From IMG/VR virus record IMGVR_UViG_3300037882_003354, positions 124,001 to 188,000 of that record: a DNA stretch of 64,000 nt; one strand, given 5' to 3'. Positions 44,426-53,821 of this stretch are shown here, piece by piece. Under the pieces are notes generated by a model. The model was given only the letters and a program-made list of their open reading frames with translations. It was not told where the DNA came from and searched no databases. Made by a program: the position numbers and the translations under genes. The stretch's first letter is position 1. Each line of letters opens with the position of its first letter.

Positions 44426-45625
44426 ATGCCAAGACTCAGCCTGTACAGATCAGAAAAAGGTGCGGATTTCCGATTCATTGACCGCGTGATCAATGAAGAA
44501 TTTCAAGTGGGAGGTGTGGACATTTTTGTACACAAATACCTGGGCCCAGTGGATCCACTGGCTGGCGAAAGCACACCCAGCACACCTGTCAATTCCAATG
44601 CCATACCGGAACTGGGCATCCAAGATATAATCTTCATGGAAAACCGAGATCGGCATTATGATCCAGATGTGTATGTCATGCGTGGCATATACCAGATGCA
44701 GGATTTGGATTTCAACCTGAGTCAGTTTGGTCTGTTTTTACAGAATGACACTGTGATGTTGCACTTCCATCTGAGGAATACCGTGGACACCCTGACGCGC
44801 AAAATCATGCCAGGTGACGTGGTGGAAATGCCTCACTTGAAAGATGAGTATGCCCTGGACGACCACATGGTTGCGCTCAAGAGATTTTATGTGGTGCAAG
44901 ACGTCACACGACCTGCCAATGGATTCAGCCAGACCTGGTATCCGCACCTGTTGCGTGCCAAGTGTGTGCCCCTGGTGGACAGTCAGGAATTTAAAGAAAT
45001 TCTGGACGGCGATGCCGGTGACGGCACACCGCTGCGCGATTTGCTCAGCACTTACCAGAAAAGCATTGAGGTCAATGATCAAATCATTGCCCAGGCTGAG
45101 GCAGATGTTCCGAAAAGTGGATATGATACCCAGAGTTATTTTGTCATACCCACAAGAGAATCAGGATTGGTTGATAATGCTGATGCATCCTCCGTGGACG
45201 AGGATGCCAGCATAGACCAAGCCATCTACGACGCCAGTGTGGTGTTGAGAAGTCCCAACAGAGACCTGTATGTGGGGTACATGACCGGAGACGGAGTACC
45301 GCCCAACGGTGCTCCATATGGTTTCGGAATCACTTTTCCCAATAATCCAGTAAATGGATCATTTTATCTCAGAACCGATTATTTGCCCAATCGGCTGTTT
45401 AGATTTAATGGCAACAACTGGATCAAGTTTGAAGACAATGTTCGCATGACAGTGAACAACTTTGGTGCAGGCGATGTTGCTGGCGGTGCCAATGCAGGCA
45501 AGGACATCCGACAAACTCAGAAACTTGGATTCATTAACAACACAAACACCTCCACCATCGCGGGCGAGGTTGTACAAGAGCGTCAGGCGCTGAGCAAGGC
45601 ATTGAAACCCAAGGCGGACAATTGA
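44426..45625 (+). CDS. neck/head-closure protein (gp14-like)
   Basis: LSQFGLF, PGDVVEMPH; start MPRLSLY 5 nt after TAAATA. Confidence 0.65.
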   Translation: MPRLSLYRSEKGADFRFIDRVINEEFQVGGVDIFVHKYLGPVDPLAGESTPSTPVNSNAIPELGIQDIIFMENRDRHYDPDVYVMRGIYQMQDLDFNLSQFGLFLQNDTVMLHFHLRNTVDTLTRKIMPGDVVEMPHLKDEYALDDHMVALKRFYVVQDVTRPANGFSQTWYPHLLRAKCVPLVDSQEFKEILDGDAGDGTPLRDLLSTYQKSIEVNDQIIAQAEADVPKSGYDTQSYFVIPTRESGLVDNADASSVDEDASIDQAIYDASVVLRSPNRDLYVGYMTGDGVPPNGAPYGFGITFPNNPVNGSFYLRTDYLPNRLFRFNGNNWIKFEDNVRMTVNNFGAGDVAGGANAGKDIRQTQKLGFINNTNTSTIAGEVVQERQALSKALKPKADN

Positions 45626-45626
45626 C

Positions 45627-47015
45627 ATGAGTGACTTTTTCTATGACGCGCAGGTAAAACGTTACCTGACTCAATTCATGAGAATCATGAGCAGCTTCTC
45701 CTATAAAGATGCCAAGGGCCAATTGGTACGCATACCAGTCAGATACGGAGACATGAACCGGCAAGTGGCCAGCATACTGAAAAAGAACAGTGAGAACACC
45801 ATTCCCAGTGCGCCATTCATTGCATGCTATATCAAAGAACTAAAGTTTGATCGTTCACGATTGCAAGATCCCACTTTCGTCAGCAAAGTGAACATCAGGG
45901 AACGGGCATTCGACGCCGCTGGTAATGAATATTTGAATTTACAGGGTGCAAATTACACAGTGGAGCGCATCATGCCAACTCCATACTTGATTACCTTTGC
46001 GGCAGATGTCTGGACCACCAACACTGATCAGAAGTTGCAAATATTTGAGCAATTGGCGGTGTTATTCACACCCAGTTTTGAACTACAGACCACTGACAAT
46101 TACATTGACTGGACCAGCCTGAGTGTACTTGAGCTGAGTGATCAAGGTTCGTTCAGCAGCAGGCAGATACCACAGGGTGCAGAACAGGATATAGACATCA
46201 TGAACATGATCTTTACATCTCCCATCTGGATCACACCGCCGGCCAAGGTCAAACAACTGGGCATCATTACAAAAATTATTTCCAACATTTTCGCAGTGCC
46301 CAGTGGCACAGTGGCGTCCTTGGAAGGTGGCTACGGAGATGCAATCTTTGGGGATACCCCTGAAACAGTGGTGGTGACCCCAGGCAACTTTGACCTCTTG
46401 GTTCTGGATAATGTGGCCAAATTAGTGGGCCCAGCAGTGCCCGACGGAATTGTCAATATTGGTGATGTGGAAAATAATACATCCTGGCTAAGGGTGCTGG
46501 ATCTTTATCCCGGCAGGTTCAGAGCAGGACTGAGTCAGTTGCGTCTGGCCAAGGAGGGCGGCACTGAGATTGTGGCCTACATCAGCCTGGATCCCATGGA
46601 TGAATCCAAGATGATGTTGAATTTTGACAACGACACCCGACCAAGCGACACAGAAATCGCCGGCAGGAGCACCATCGATGCCATCATCAATCCAGAAACA
46701 TTCAACCCCACTGGGGTGGTGACCGGCACACGATACTTGGTACTGGAGAACATCAATGAGTTTTACAACCAACCCGGATATGATGGCCCAGTTGCCTGGA
46801 AGAATGCCAATGCCAGTGATTTTGTGGCTAATGCCAACGACATCATAGAATGGAATGGCACCGCATGGACTGTTGTGTTCAATTCACTGGCAACCACCAG
46901 CATTGTTTATATAACCAATTCATATACAAACGTACAATACAAATGGGATCAGGGATCATGGTCCAAGAGCTTTGAGGGTATATACTCCAAAGAACTTTGG
47001 CGACTGATACTTTGA
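45627..47015 (+). CDS. tail terminator / sheath stabiliser (gp15-like)
   Basis: FFYD.Q..RY, IPVRYG, PTPY, QKLQIFEQL..LF.P. Confidence 0.75.
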   Translation: MSDFFYDAQVKRYLTQFMRIMSSFSYKDAKGQLVRIPVRYGDMNRQVASILKKNSENTIPSAPFIACYIKELKFDRSRLQDPTFVSKVNIRERAFDAAGNEYLNLQGANYTVERIMPTPYLITFAADVWTTNTDQKLQIFEQLAVLFTPSFELQTTDNYIDWTSLSVLELSDQGSFSSRQIPQGAEQDIDIMNMIFTSPIWITPPAKVKQLGIITKIISNIFAVPSGTVASLEGGYGDAIFGDTPETVVVTPGNFDLLVLDNVAKLVGPAVPDGIVNIGDVENNTSWLRVLDLYPGRFRAGLSQLRLAKEGGTEIVAYISLDPMDESKMMLNFDNDTRPSDTEIAGRSTIDAIINPETFNPTGVVTGTRYLVLENINEFYNQPGYDGPVAWKNANASDFVANANDIIEWNGTAWTVVFNSLATTSIVYITNSYTNVQYKWDQGSWSKSFEGIYSKELWRLIL

Positions 47016-47437
47016 ATCAAATTGTTTGCAGCGGCGGATTATTCTTAGCCAGAGACACTCGACGTTTTTTGTTCCTGTTGAGAACACAGGGAAAAACAGC
47101 TGGCACCTGGGGCATAGTGGGGGGCAAAAAAGAGCCTGCAGACACCACTGCATATGATATCCTTACTAGAGAGATAGCGGAAGAAGTGGGTCGCACACCC
47201 ACTATTAAGAAGGTGATTCCCTTGGAATTATTCACCAGCAACGATCAACAATTTCAGTACAACACCTATGTACTAATTGTGGAAAAAGAGTTTATTCCCA
47301 CTCTAAATGCAGAGCATGCTGGGTATGCTTGGTGTGATTTTTTGCGCTGGCCCAAGCCCTTGCACCAAGGTGTGAAAACCAGCTTGAGCAGTAAATCCAA
47401 TCAAGTTAAATTGGAAATGCTACTCGAGCTGGTTTGA
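46997..47437 (+). CDS. NUDIX hydrolase
   Basis: W.IVGGKKE.......LTREIAEEVG Nudix box. Confidence 0.85.
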   Translation: MATDTLNQIVCSGGLFLARDTRRFLFLLRTQGKTAGTWGIVGGKKEPADTTAYDILTREIAEEVGRTPTIKKVIPLELFTSNDQQFQYNTYVLIVEKEFIPTLNAEHAGYAWCDFLRWPKPLHQGVKTSLSSKSNQVKLEMLLELV

Positions 47438-47455
47438 CGTCCTGACGGGTTAAAC

Positions 47456-47758
47456 TTATGGTGTCAGTAGAGCCTTGATGCGATCATAAAGTATCTCGTC
47501 AGTCCAAGTGCCGCGAACTGCCAGGTATTCTGCACCTTCCCAGACTGTCATTCTGCGCTCGACATAGGGAACATCGCTCAACACCACCACAGCCATCACG
47601 CTGTTGGGGCGGCCAGGGGCGCGGCGGCCAGGTCCGTCTGTGTTGTCTTCTTCCCATCCGTAGTTTTCCTCAATGTAGGTCACTCGGAATGAACTAGTGG
47701 TCAAGGCATCGGTGGCTGCTGCAATGGTGTAGGGTTGCGTAAGTGAAATTGTTGTCAT
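47456..47758 (-). CDS. hypothetical late protein
   Basis: AGGAG SD; TAAATA upstream near 47791-47800. Confidence 0.7.
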   Translation of the reverse strand: MTTISLTQPYTIAAATDALTTSSFRVTYIEENYGWEEDNTDGPGRRAPGRPNSVMAVVVLSDVPYVERRMTVWEGAEYLAVRGTWTDEILYDRIKALLTP

Positions 47759-47807
47759 GTTTTATCTCCTAAGGGGTTACAATGATAATGTATTTATTTA
47801 TCTACAA

Positions 47808-48260
47808 TTAAATGCTCATTAAATGCGACATTTTTGGGTTATTTGCAATATAGGCACCAATTATTTTTGCCCAACTCTCAGCATCTTTCTCTTTGACACG
47901 AAAGTCGTAGTTTGTTGGCGGCACAAAAACACGATTGGTATCCTCAAATCTACCTTCCTTGATGGTGTCCATCCAGATGGTCCAGTGAGCGTCAAGGTTT
48001 GTCCTCATCTCAATCAAGGGCGCTACGAAATCGCAAACCACAAAATCTTTTTTTGACGCATCAGCCAATTCCCGCATGCGCAGACTCTGACGTATGCGTC
48101 CTTGGTGGCTGAAATCCCAATCGTTGTATTGTTCACGAACAACATCAGCATTTAACCATAATACATTAGGAACAAGCCCGGCTACGAGCAGCGCGGCCAG
48201 TGTGGTCTTGCCTGAGCCTGGTAGACCCAGTATTAGTATTCGTGTTGGCGTTTTAATCAT
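47808..48260 (-). CDS. adenylylsulfate (APS) kinase-like
   Basis: GLPGSGKTTLA, NAD.VR, DFS..GR..Q..RM, FVAP, F.PP. Confidence 0.75.
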   Translation of the reverse strand: MIKTPTRILILGLPGSGKTTLAALLVAGLVPNVLWLNADVVREQYNDWDFSHQGRIRQSLRMRELADASKKDFVVCDFVAPLIEMRTNLDAHWTIWMDTIKEGRFEDTNRVFVPPTNYDFRVKEKDAESWAKIIGAYIANNPKMSHLMSI

Positions 48261-48283
48261 GATGACAGTTCCATGTGTGGTGG

Positions 48284-49147
48284 TCAAAGCCGACGATTGC
48301 TCAAGACAACTTTGATGGCCTTGGCAAAAGAGAATGAGTTCAACAAATCTTGTAGTTGATATTTTGCAATCACTGGAGAACCAACACCACCCACCAGACA
48401 AAGATTGGCTAGATCGTCTCCCCATTTTTCCGCAAATACATCGAAGTACTTTTGATTGCGTTGATTAATTTGTTGTTGATGTTCAGGACCTGCCCAGGTG
48501 CTCTTGCCGGCAAAGTGCAATATATAACTGTGACTGTAGTATTTTACCGGAAAATTATGGGAGATGGCGCGTATGCGATAGTCCACATCTTCGCCCCCGC
48601 CCACACCAAACCTCTCATCAAACAATCCCACTTGGTTGTACACCGTGGCAGGCAATACAAATGCATAAAAACCCATCAACAGGCGTTCGAAAAATCCCGA
48701 CCGCAGCCGGTCCCGGTGTGCCTGAGCAATCTTGCACAGATCAGCATATTGATTGTTATACTCATCCAGGTTCATGGTCTGCTGCAAGGTCAGTTGACCG
48801 CTGGCGTACAAATGAGTTTGGTTGCAACTGGGCATCACAATGGCATCTGGATGTTGCGTCAGTTCATGGGACCAGCCGGGGGTGAATACGATGTCGTTGT
48901 TGAGCACAATCAGAGTTCTGCCACGCGCAATGCCAATCATGTTGTTGACATTCTTGGCAAAACTCTGGGGTGTTGTATTGGATATCACGCTGGCTTGAGT
49001 GTCGTATGTGCCCTCGTTATCATTGTCAATCAGGTACACCTCATCCCCTGTGCCCAGCCGTGTGCTGCTAAAAAAAGAATCCAGGGCAAGTTTTGTGTAA
49101 AAATTAGAACCCCGGGTGGTGATCATGACGTATACATTGCCCATCAT
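48284..49147 (-). CDS. GT2 family glycosyltransferase
   Basis: LIDN, SFA.NVN, LNNDI, VGLFDERF..GGGEDVDY..R. Confidence 0.85.
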   Translation of the reverse strand: MMGNVYVMITTRGSNFYTKLALDSFFSSTRLGTGDEVYLIDNDNEGTYDTQASVISNTTPQSFAKNVNNMIGIARGRTLIVLNNDIVFTPGWSHELTQHPDAIVMPSCNQTHLYASGQLTLQQTMNLDEYNNQYADLCKIAQAHRDRLRSGFFERLLMGFYAFVLPATVYNQVGLFDERFGVGGGEDVDYRIRAISHNFPVKYYSHSYILHFAGKSTWAGPEHQQQINQRNQKYFDVFAEKWGDDLANLCLVGGVGSPVIAKYQLQDLLNSFSFAKAIKVVLSNRRL

Positions 49148-49944
49148 TTTTTATTCCAAAAATCCAAACTCAACGATCGATAGTATTCGGTCAATTCTGT
49201 TCCAATCACTTGTTCAGCAGGTGGACTGGCTCGTTTTAATTCCGGCCTAATGTCATGCAAGCCCATCAATCCATATGCTCGATCATTTTCTGGTTTGGGA
49301 GTCAGGTGCGCATGATTGAGATTGATAGAATTTGGTATTTCTAAAAAATCAAATATTCTACCCACGGTTGTCACAGAGTTTTCCACAATGTCACCATAGT
49401 CTAAAAACAACATGCTGGTGGGAGCATACTCCCAACCCAATTTTAAACTGGTCCATGGGATGTTGATATACTTTTCCCATAATAGTCTGCATCTATTTTG
49501 ATTGTTCACCGGCTTGTTTGTGTCAATTAACTCTTGATCAATATATGTGATCGTGTGGTTGTTTCTTTCTATTAACAGAATAAAACTGCTGAGAATTTCT
49601 GGAATGTCTCTGACTGTGCAGATGATCTTGGGCGGCTGGCCGTGTAGCTCGGTTAGAAACTTTATATGCCGCGGCCACTCTCTGTGTTTATCTATGATGT
49701 TGGTCTGGGCAACATGCCGGTAACTGGATTCAAATACTCCGTGGACAATGTTGTTCAACTGTCTGGGATCTTGATCCACCAGATGGCCAGTGATACCTGG
49801 CCACCTGTTTTTGATGACATTAATAAGATCCAACACTGGGCTGGTGGTGGTAGTGTAAACATCGGGATGCTGACTCAGCATGCTGGCCAACACCGTGCTA
49901 CCGCTTCTGGGCAGACCCGATATCATGAACACACGTTTATCCAT
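49144..49944 (-). CDS. sulfotransferase
   Basis: 5'-PSB motif SGLPRSGST, DK.R.W, VRD..EILSS. Confidence 0.85.
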   Translation of the reverse strand: MDKRVFMISGLPRSGSTVLASMLSQHPDVYTTTTSPVLDLINVIKNRWPGITGHLVDQDPRQLNNIVHGVFESSYRHVAQTNIIDKHREWPRHIKFLTELHGQPPKIICTVRDIPEILSSFILLIERNNHTITYIDQELIDTNKPVNNQNRCRLLWEKYINIPWTSLKLGWEYAPTSMLFLDYGDIVENSVTTVGRIFDFLEIPNSINLNHAHLTPKPENDRAYGLMGLHDIRPELKRASPPAEQVIGTELTEYYRSLSLDFWNKK

Positions 49945-50857
49945 ATGCCCGTATGGTGTTAAAAAATTGTTGCCATTCCAATTTACGCTGTTCCCAGGAC
50001 CAATAGTGATTGTAATGTGTGGACTGGCGATGTATGTGGTATTGAGTGCTGACCTTCCAATACTCTGCAATGGCCAAATCTAGTTCCCGCGCAAATCTAG
50101 ATGCCAATACCTGGCGATGGTTTAGACCCACCGGAACCATGCGTGCCCAATCGCTGCATGTTTCAGGCAATGCACCATGGCTGGTGGTCACCTGCAGGCA
50201 GCCGGCGGCGGCAGCTTCTATGGCTGCCAGGCAACTGGTTTCTTCAAAAATACTGGGATATGCAAATACATGCGCTTGTTGCAATGCTGCCCTGACCACA
50301 TCGTTGGGTTGATATTCGTGGAAATTTACACCAGGTGTGTTTTTTGTACGTTTAAATATTTCGTCAAACCTGCCCTGGGTTATTTTTACAAAATGATCCC
50401 CGTATATTTTGGCACTGCTGTACACATCGAGTTCAATGTCTGTTCGATCCAGTAACTCAACTGCATCTAACAATATGTCCAGACCACGCCAGGGGGTGCT
50501 GGTGTAGATCAACTTGGTCTTGCCTTCACATCTGGGCATGAACTGTATGGGCTCAATGGCATTTTTTATGACAATACTCTTGTATGCCGGTACATTGAAC
50601 ACTTGACAAAATTTATTGTACTGCCAGTGACTGACAAATACAAAATAATCCACACGTTCTATAAACACTGGATTGGACATCAGTGCCACTTGTTCTTCGT
50701 TGGTGTTCAAGTGTTGCCATACCACATTGATCTTGTTGGGGTCAATTTTTGCATGATCGCACGAACTCAAGATCAGGTTCACTCGGTCCTGCCAGTCGGT
50801 GCCCACATGTTTTAACATGTTGAAATACAGTATCTCACTGCCGCCCATGGGATTCAT
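49937..50857 (-). CDS. GT4 family glycosyltransferase
   Basis: GGSE, VFVS.WQ, I.NAI, YTSTPWRGL, YPS.FEETSC...IEA.AAG. Confidence 0.85.
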   Translation of the reverse strand: MNPMGGSEILYFNMLKHVGTDWQDRVNLILSSCDHAKIDPNKINVVWQHLNTNEEQVALMSNPVFIERVDYFVFVSHWQYNKFCQVFNVPAYKSIVIKNAIEPIQFMPRCEGKTKLIYTSTPWRGLDILLDAVELLDRTDIELDVYSSAKIYGDHFVKITQGRFDEIFKRTKNTPGVNFHEYQPNDVVRAALQQAHVFAYPSIFEETSCLAAIEAAAAGCLQVTTSHGALPETCSDWARMVPVGLNHRQVLASRFARELDLAIAEYWKVSTQYHIHRQSTHYNHYWSWEQRKLEWQQFFNTIRAYG

Positions 50858-51504
50858 AGACTCTCCGCAAATTTCATCAGGGTATCGTATATCTTGACCT
50901 TGGGTTTGAGCATACGATAAATGGGATTTTCCAGACGCTCACGGGCCTTTTGCCCCTTGCCAGTCAACACCAGCACAGGCGTGGCGCCTGCTCGCTCGGC
51001 CATGGTTAGGTCTTCTATGGTGTCGCCAACATAGGCGCCGCCGGCTATTTTGACGCCAGGACTGTTATTTTCCGCATGTTTAAACAGTCCCAGATTGGGC
51101 TTGGCATAAACATCATCCTTGCGTGAACTGGTGTTGTACCAGATGCCATCTATGCTGGTGCATCCTGCCTGCCCCAGCAAATTCAACATGTGCCGGTTGC
51201 AATCTTCCACTTGCTCCACAGTGACCTTTCGGTGACTTACACTGGGCTGATCATATAAGAAAAGCACCCGGTGTCCCTTGCTGCGTATGATGGCAACAGC
51301 ACGAAATGCATCTGCTATGGGAATAAATTTGTCAGGACCAGTTATTGCATCATGACATTCGCACACCACACCGTCCCTGTCCAGAGCAATGGTGAATTTA
51401 TCAAAAGTCGCCGGCATGACCAGGGCAGTAGATGTTGCAATACCGGAGTTCTCGCTCACCGCGGCATTGGGCAACATGTTTTTGTCAACACTAAATCTGC
51501 CCAT
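50854..51504 (-). CDS. D,D-heptose 1,7-bisphosphate phosphatase-like HAD (GmhB-like)
   Basis: LDRDGV, KP..G.F, VGD...D, LVLTGKG. Confidence 0.75.
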   Translation of the reverse strand: MGRFSVDKNMLPNAAVSENSGIATSTALVMPATFDKFTIALDRDGVVCECHDAITGPDKFIPIADAFRAVAIIRSKGHRVLFLYDQPSVSHRKVTVEQVEDCNRHMLNLLGQAGCTSIDGIWYNTSSRKDDVYAKPNLGLFKHAENNSPGVKIAGGAYVGDTIEDLTMAERAGATPVLVLTGKGQKARERLENPIYRMLKPKVKIYDTLMKFAESL

Positions 51505-51507
51505 GAT

Positions 51508-52233
51508 TTACTCGTATAGTGATTTAATATCTTGCGGCGTGGAGACACGTTGTTTTATACCATCCAGCCATCCTGGGAAATCAGCAGTGAACAAATTGTT
51601 GGTGTTTTGTGAACAGGTGGTGGTGGGCCATGCCCAGATGTCTATGCCCAGGTCCTTGAGTTTGTTGCACAGCACCTGACTCTCATTAAAGAATCTGCCG
51701 TATTGTGTCTGATGCTCAAATACCACCTTGACATCATTGTTGTTTTCATCTGTGATGGAGACGTTGCTGTTCATCAAGGCTTGAATCACAGGCCGGTCCA
51801 GCTTCATGCAGGCTGTGCTGGCATAGGAAACTTTAAGGAATCCCTGCTGATCAAACTGCAGATTGGATTTGTCAAAATCAATGTCATATATCACACTGTT
51901 GGTCTTCTTGCTGATCACTGGCAGCACCACCACCGGCAGGTCAGACATCATGATTCGAACCATTTCATTGGCATCCCAGGCCAGATCATGATCAACAAAC
52001 ACCAGGCTGTCCACTTCCTGCTCAAATGCTATCTTGAGCAAATCGTTTTTTGCCATGGGAACAGACCGATCGTTGCCGATGAAAACCGGTATCACTGTGA
52101 TGCCCACGCTCATGGCAGACTTGATGGTGTCTGACAGACTGTGTACATAGAATACATCAAGTTTACTTTCCCGGGCCACAGTGGCCAGGATTACAAGTTT
52201 GGATTTTAGTGCTGTGTTATTTGGTGTCATCAT
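51508..52233 (-). CDS. GT-A fold glycosyltransferase-like, divergent paralog of 52230..53009
   Basis: AKN.L, FVDHD, degenerate ED motif. Confidence 0.6.
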   Translation of the reverse strand: MMTPNNTALKSKLVILATVARESKLDVFYVHSLSDTIKSAMSVGITVIPVFIGNDRSVPMAKNDLLKIAFEQEVDSLVFVDHDLAWDANEMVRIMMSDLPVVVLPVISKKTNSVIYDIDFDKSNLQFDQQGFLKVSYASTACMKLDRPVIQALMNSNVSITDENNNDVKVVFEHQTQYGRFFNESQVLCNKLKDLGIDIWAWPTTTCSQNTNNLFTADFPGWLDGIKQRVSTPQDIKSLYE

Positions 52234-53009
52234 ATGCCTTTGTTGTTGATATATCTATTGAGGTAGTTGTTGCCGTAACTGGTGCGGGCGGCTGGTGGTG
52301 TTTGTGTTGTAGCAGGTGTGGCGGTGGGTCTGGTCTTGGCCAGCCAGGCATCAAAGTTTCCAGTGTACTTTTTAAATCCAATATGGTTGCAGGTGATGCT
52401 GGTGTCCAACCAGGTTTTAAATCCCAGTTGTTTGAGTTTTCTGCACAGGTGGATGTCTTCGCTGATCAAGCCGCCATTTTCCACAACCACCTCGAACACC
52501 CAGCGTCGGTCTTTGTTTTGGTCCAATTCCACATACACTGGACTGGCATCCCATATGGCATCCACTGCACGACGACTGAACCTGAGAAAACCAGTGCCTA
52601 GCCCATCAACCTCCAATAAATTGGTCACAGGGTCCTTGGCAGCGTATGGATCATCCATCTTGGCCACATATAGTTCAGTCTCACCCTTCTTGGGGTAAGT
52701 GCCGCCCACAATGTCCACGGGATAATTTAACAGTCGGTAGAACCATTCAGGTTCCCACTCAATGTCATTGTCGATGAATATGATGTCGTCGCAATCCAGT
52801 TCCCTGACCAGAGCAATAGTGTCGTTTCTGGCTCTTTGTACCAGGGCATCATAACTGACCCAGATGGGGATGATTTCCACATTCATCTCTGCGGCTAGTT
52901 TGACGGTGTTGACCAGACTGTTCACATACCATACATCAATGCTGCCATCATAGCAGGGTGTTCCCACCATGACTCGTCTTTTCTTTTTTATTTCCATCAT
53001 GCCATCCAT
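52230..53009 (-). CDS. GT-A fold glycosyltransferase
   Basis: TPCYDG, VQRARN, FIDND, GG.YPKK, GTGFL, SED..LC, CNHIG. Confidence 0.75.
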   Translation of the reverse strand: MDGMMEIKKKRRVMVGTPCYDGSIDVWYVNSLVNTVKLAAEMNVEIIPIWVSYDALVQRARNDTIALVRELDCDDIIFIDNDIEWEPEWFYRLLNYPVDIVGGTYPKKGETELYVAKMDDPYAAKDPVTNLLEVDGLGTGFLRFSRRAVDAIWDASPVYVELDQNKDRRWVFEVVVENGGLISEDIHLCRKLKQLGFKTWLDTSITCNHIGFKKYTGNFDAWLAKTRPTATPATTQTPPAARTSYGNNYLNRYINNKGI

Positions 53010-53821
53010 AACATTTGTCGCTTGATATGGTCAAAATCATATTTCCAAAAACTGCTGGTCACATATGTTTGCCATAGGTCTGCAGGAATAATGGGCTTCC
53101 TGGCCTTATATTCTACACGACGACGAACAGTATGTAAACCAGAAATATTGGCCTGCTGATCAAATTCGTCGTAACTGTCTTCCACATTTTCAAAGTCGTG
53201 TTCAAACCAGGGTTCATTGATAAACTTATAAATTTGTTGCATGGTTTCCCTGGGACGTTTGGTCAACACATCATAATCCACCACACACAACATGTCTTTT
53301 TCGTTGCCATACATGGCTTGCTTGGTACAAGCAATGGGGCCGCTGACGTAACCACCGCCACCATCCTGGCTCATCAGCATGTTCACTCGATTGAACACCG
53401 TGGGCAGGTCCTGATGCTGAAACAATGCCTTGATGGTGTAGGGATTCCTGGCGTTCAACTGCTCGAAACTGTCCAGAATCCAGGGCACATCCCTAATGCA
53501 CACTATGATCTTGCTGGCGGGAAACAAGTCGCGCACCATGGGCGTTTGTGCACACCAGGCTCGATTGGTGTTAAAGCAAACCTCAGGTCCACCTTGGTAA
53601 AATGTGGAAAATAATCCGCGTATCAATGCTGCCCGTTTTTCCACAGGAACTGCCGACTCCATGCCCACTGCGGTGTGCGTCACTTGCAGTATGTTCCTGG
53701 AATAATCCTGCAATGGGTCAGAAATACTTGCATGAAACCTGGGGTTTTGTTTCAATATGGCACTGAGCAAGGTGGACCCACTGCGTGGAAGTCCGGATAT
53801 GAAGTGATATTTTTGCATCAT
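52997..53821 (-). CDS. sulfotransferase
   Basis: FISGLPRSGSTLL..IL.QNP, IRD..WILDS, GLH.VR. Confidence 0.85.
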   Translation of the reverse strand: MMQKYHFISGLPRSGSTLLSAILKQNPRFHASISDPLQDYSRNILQVTHTAVGMESAVPVEKRAALIRGLFSTFYQGGPEVCFNTNRAWCAQTPMVRDLFPASKIIVCIRDVPWILDSFEQLNARNPYTIKALFQHQDLPTVFNRVNMLMSQDGGGGYVSGPIACTKQAMYGNEKDMLCVVDYDVLTKRPRETMQQIYKFINEPWFEHDFENVEDSYDEFDQQANISGLHTVRRRVEYKARKPIIPADLWQTYVTSSFWKYDFDHIKRQMLWMA

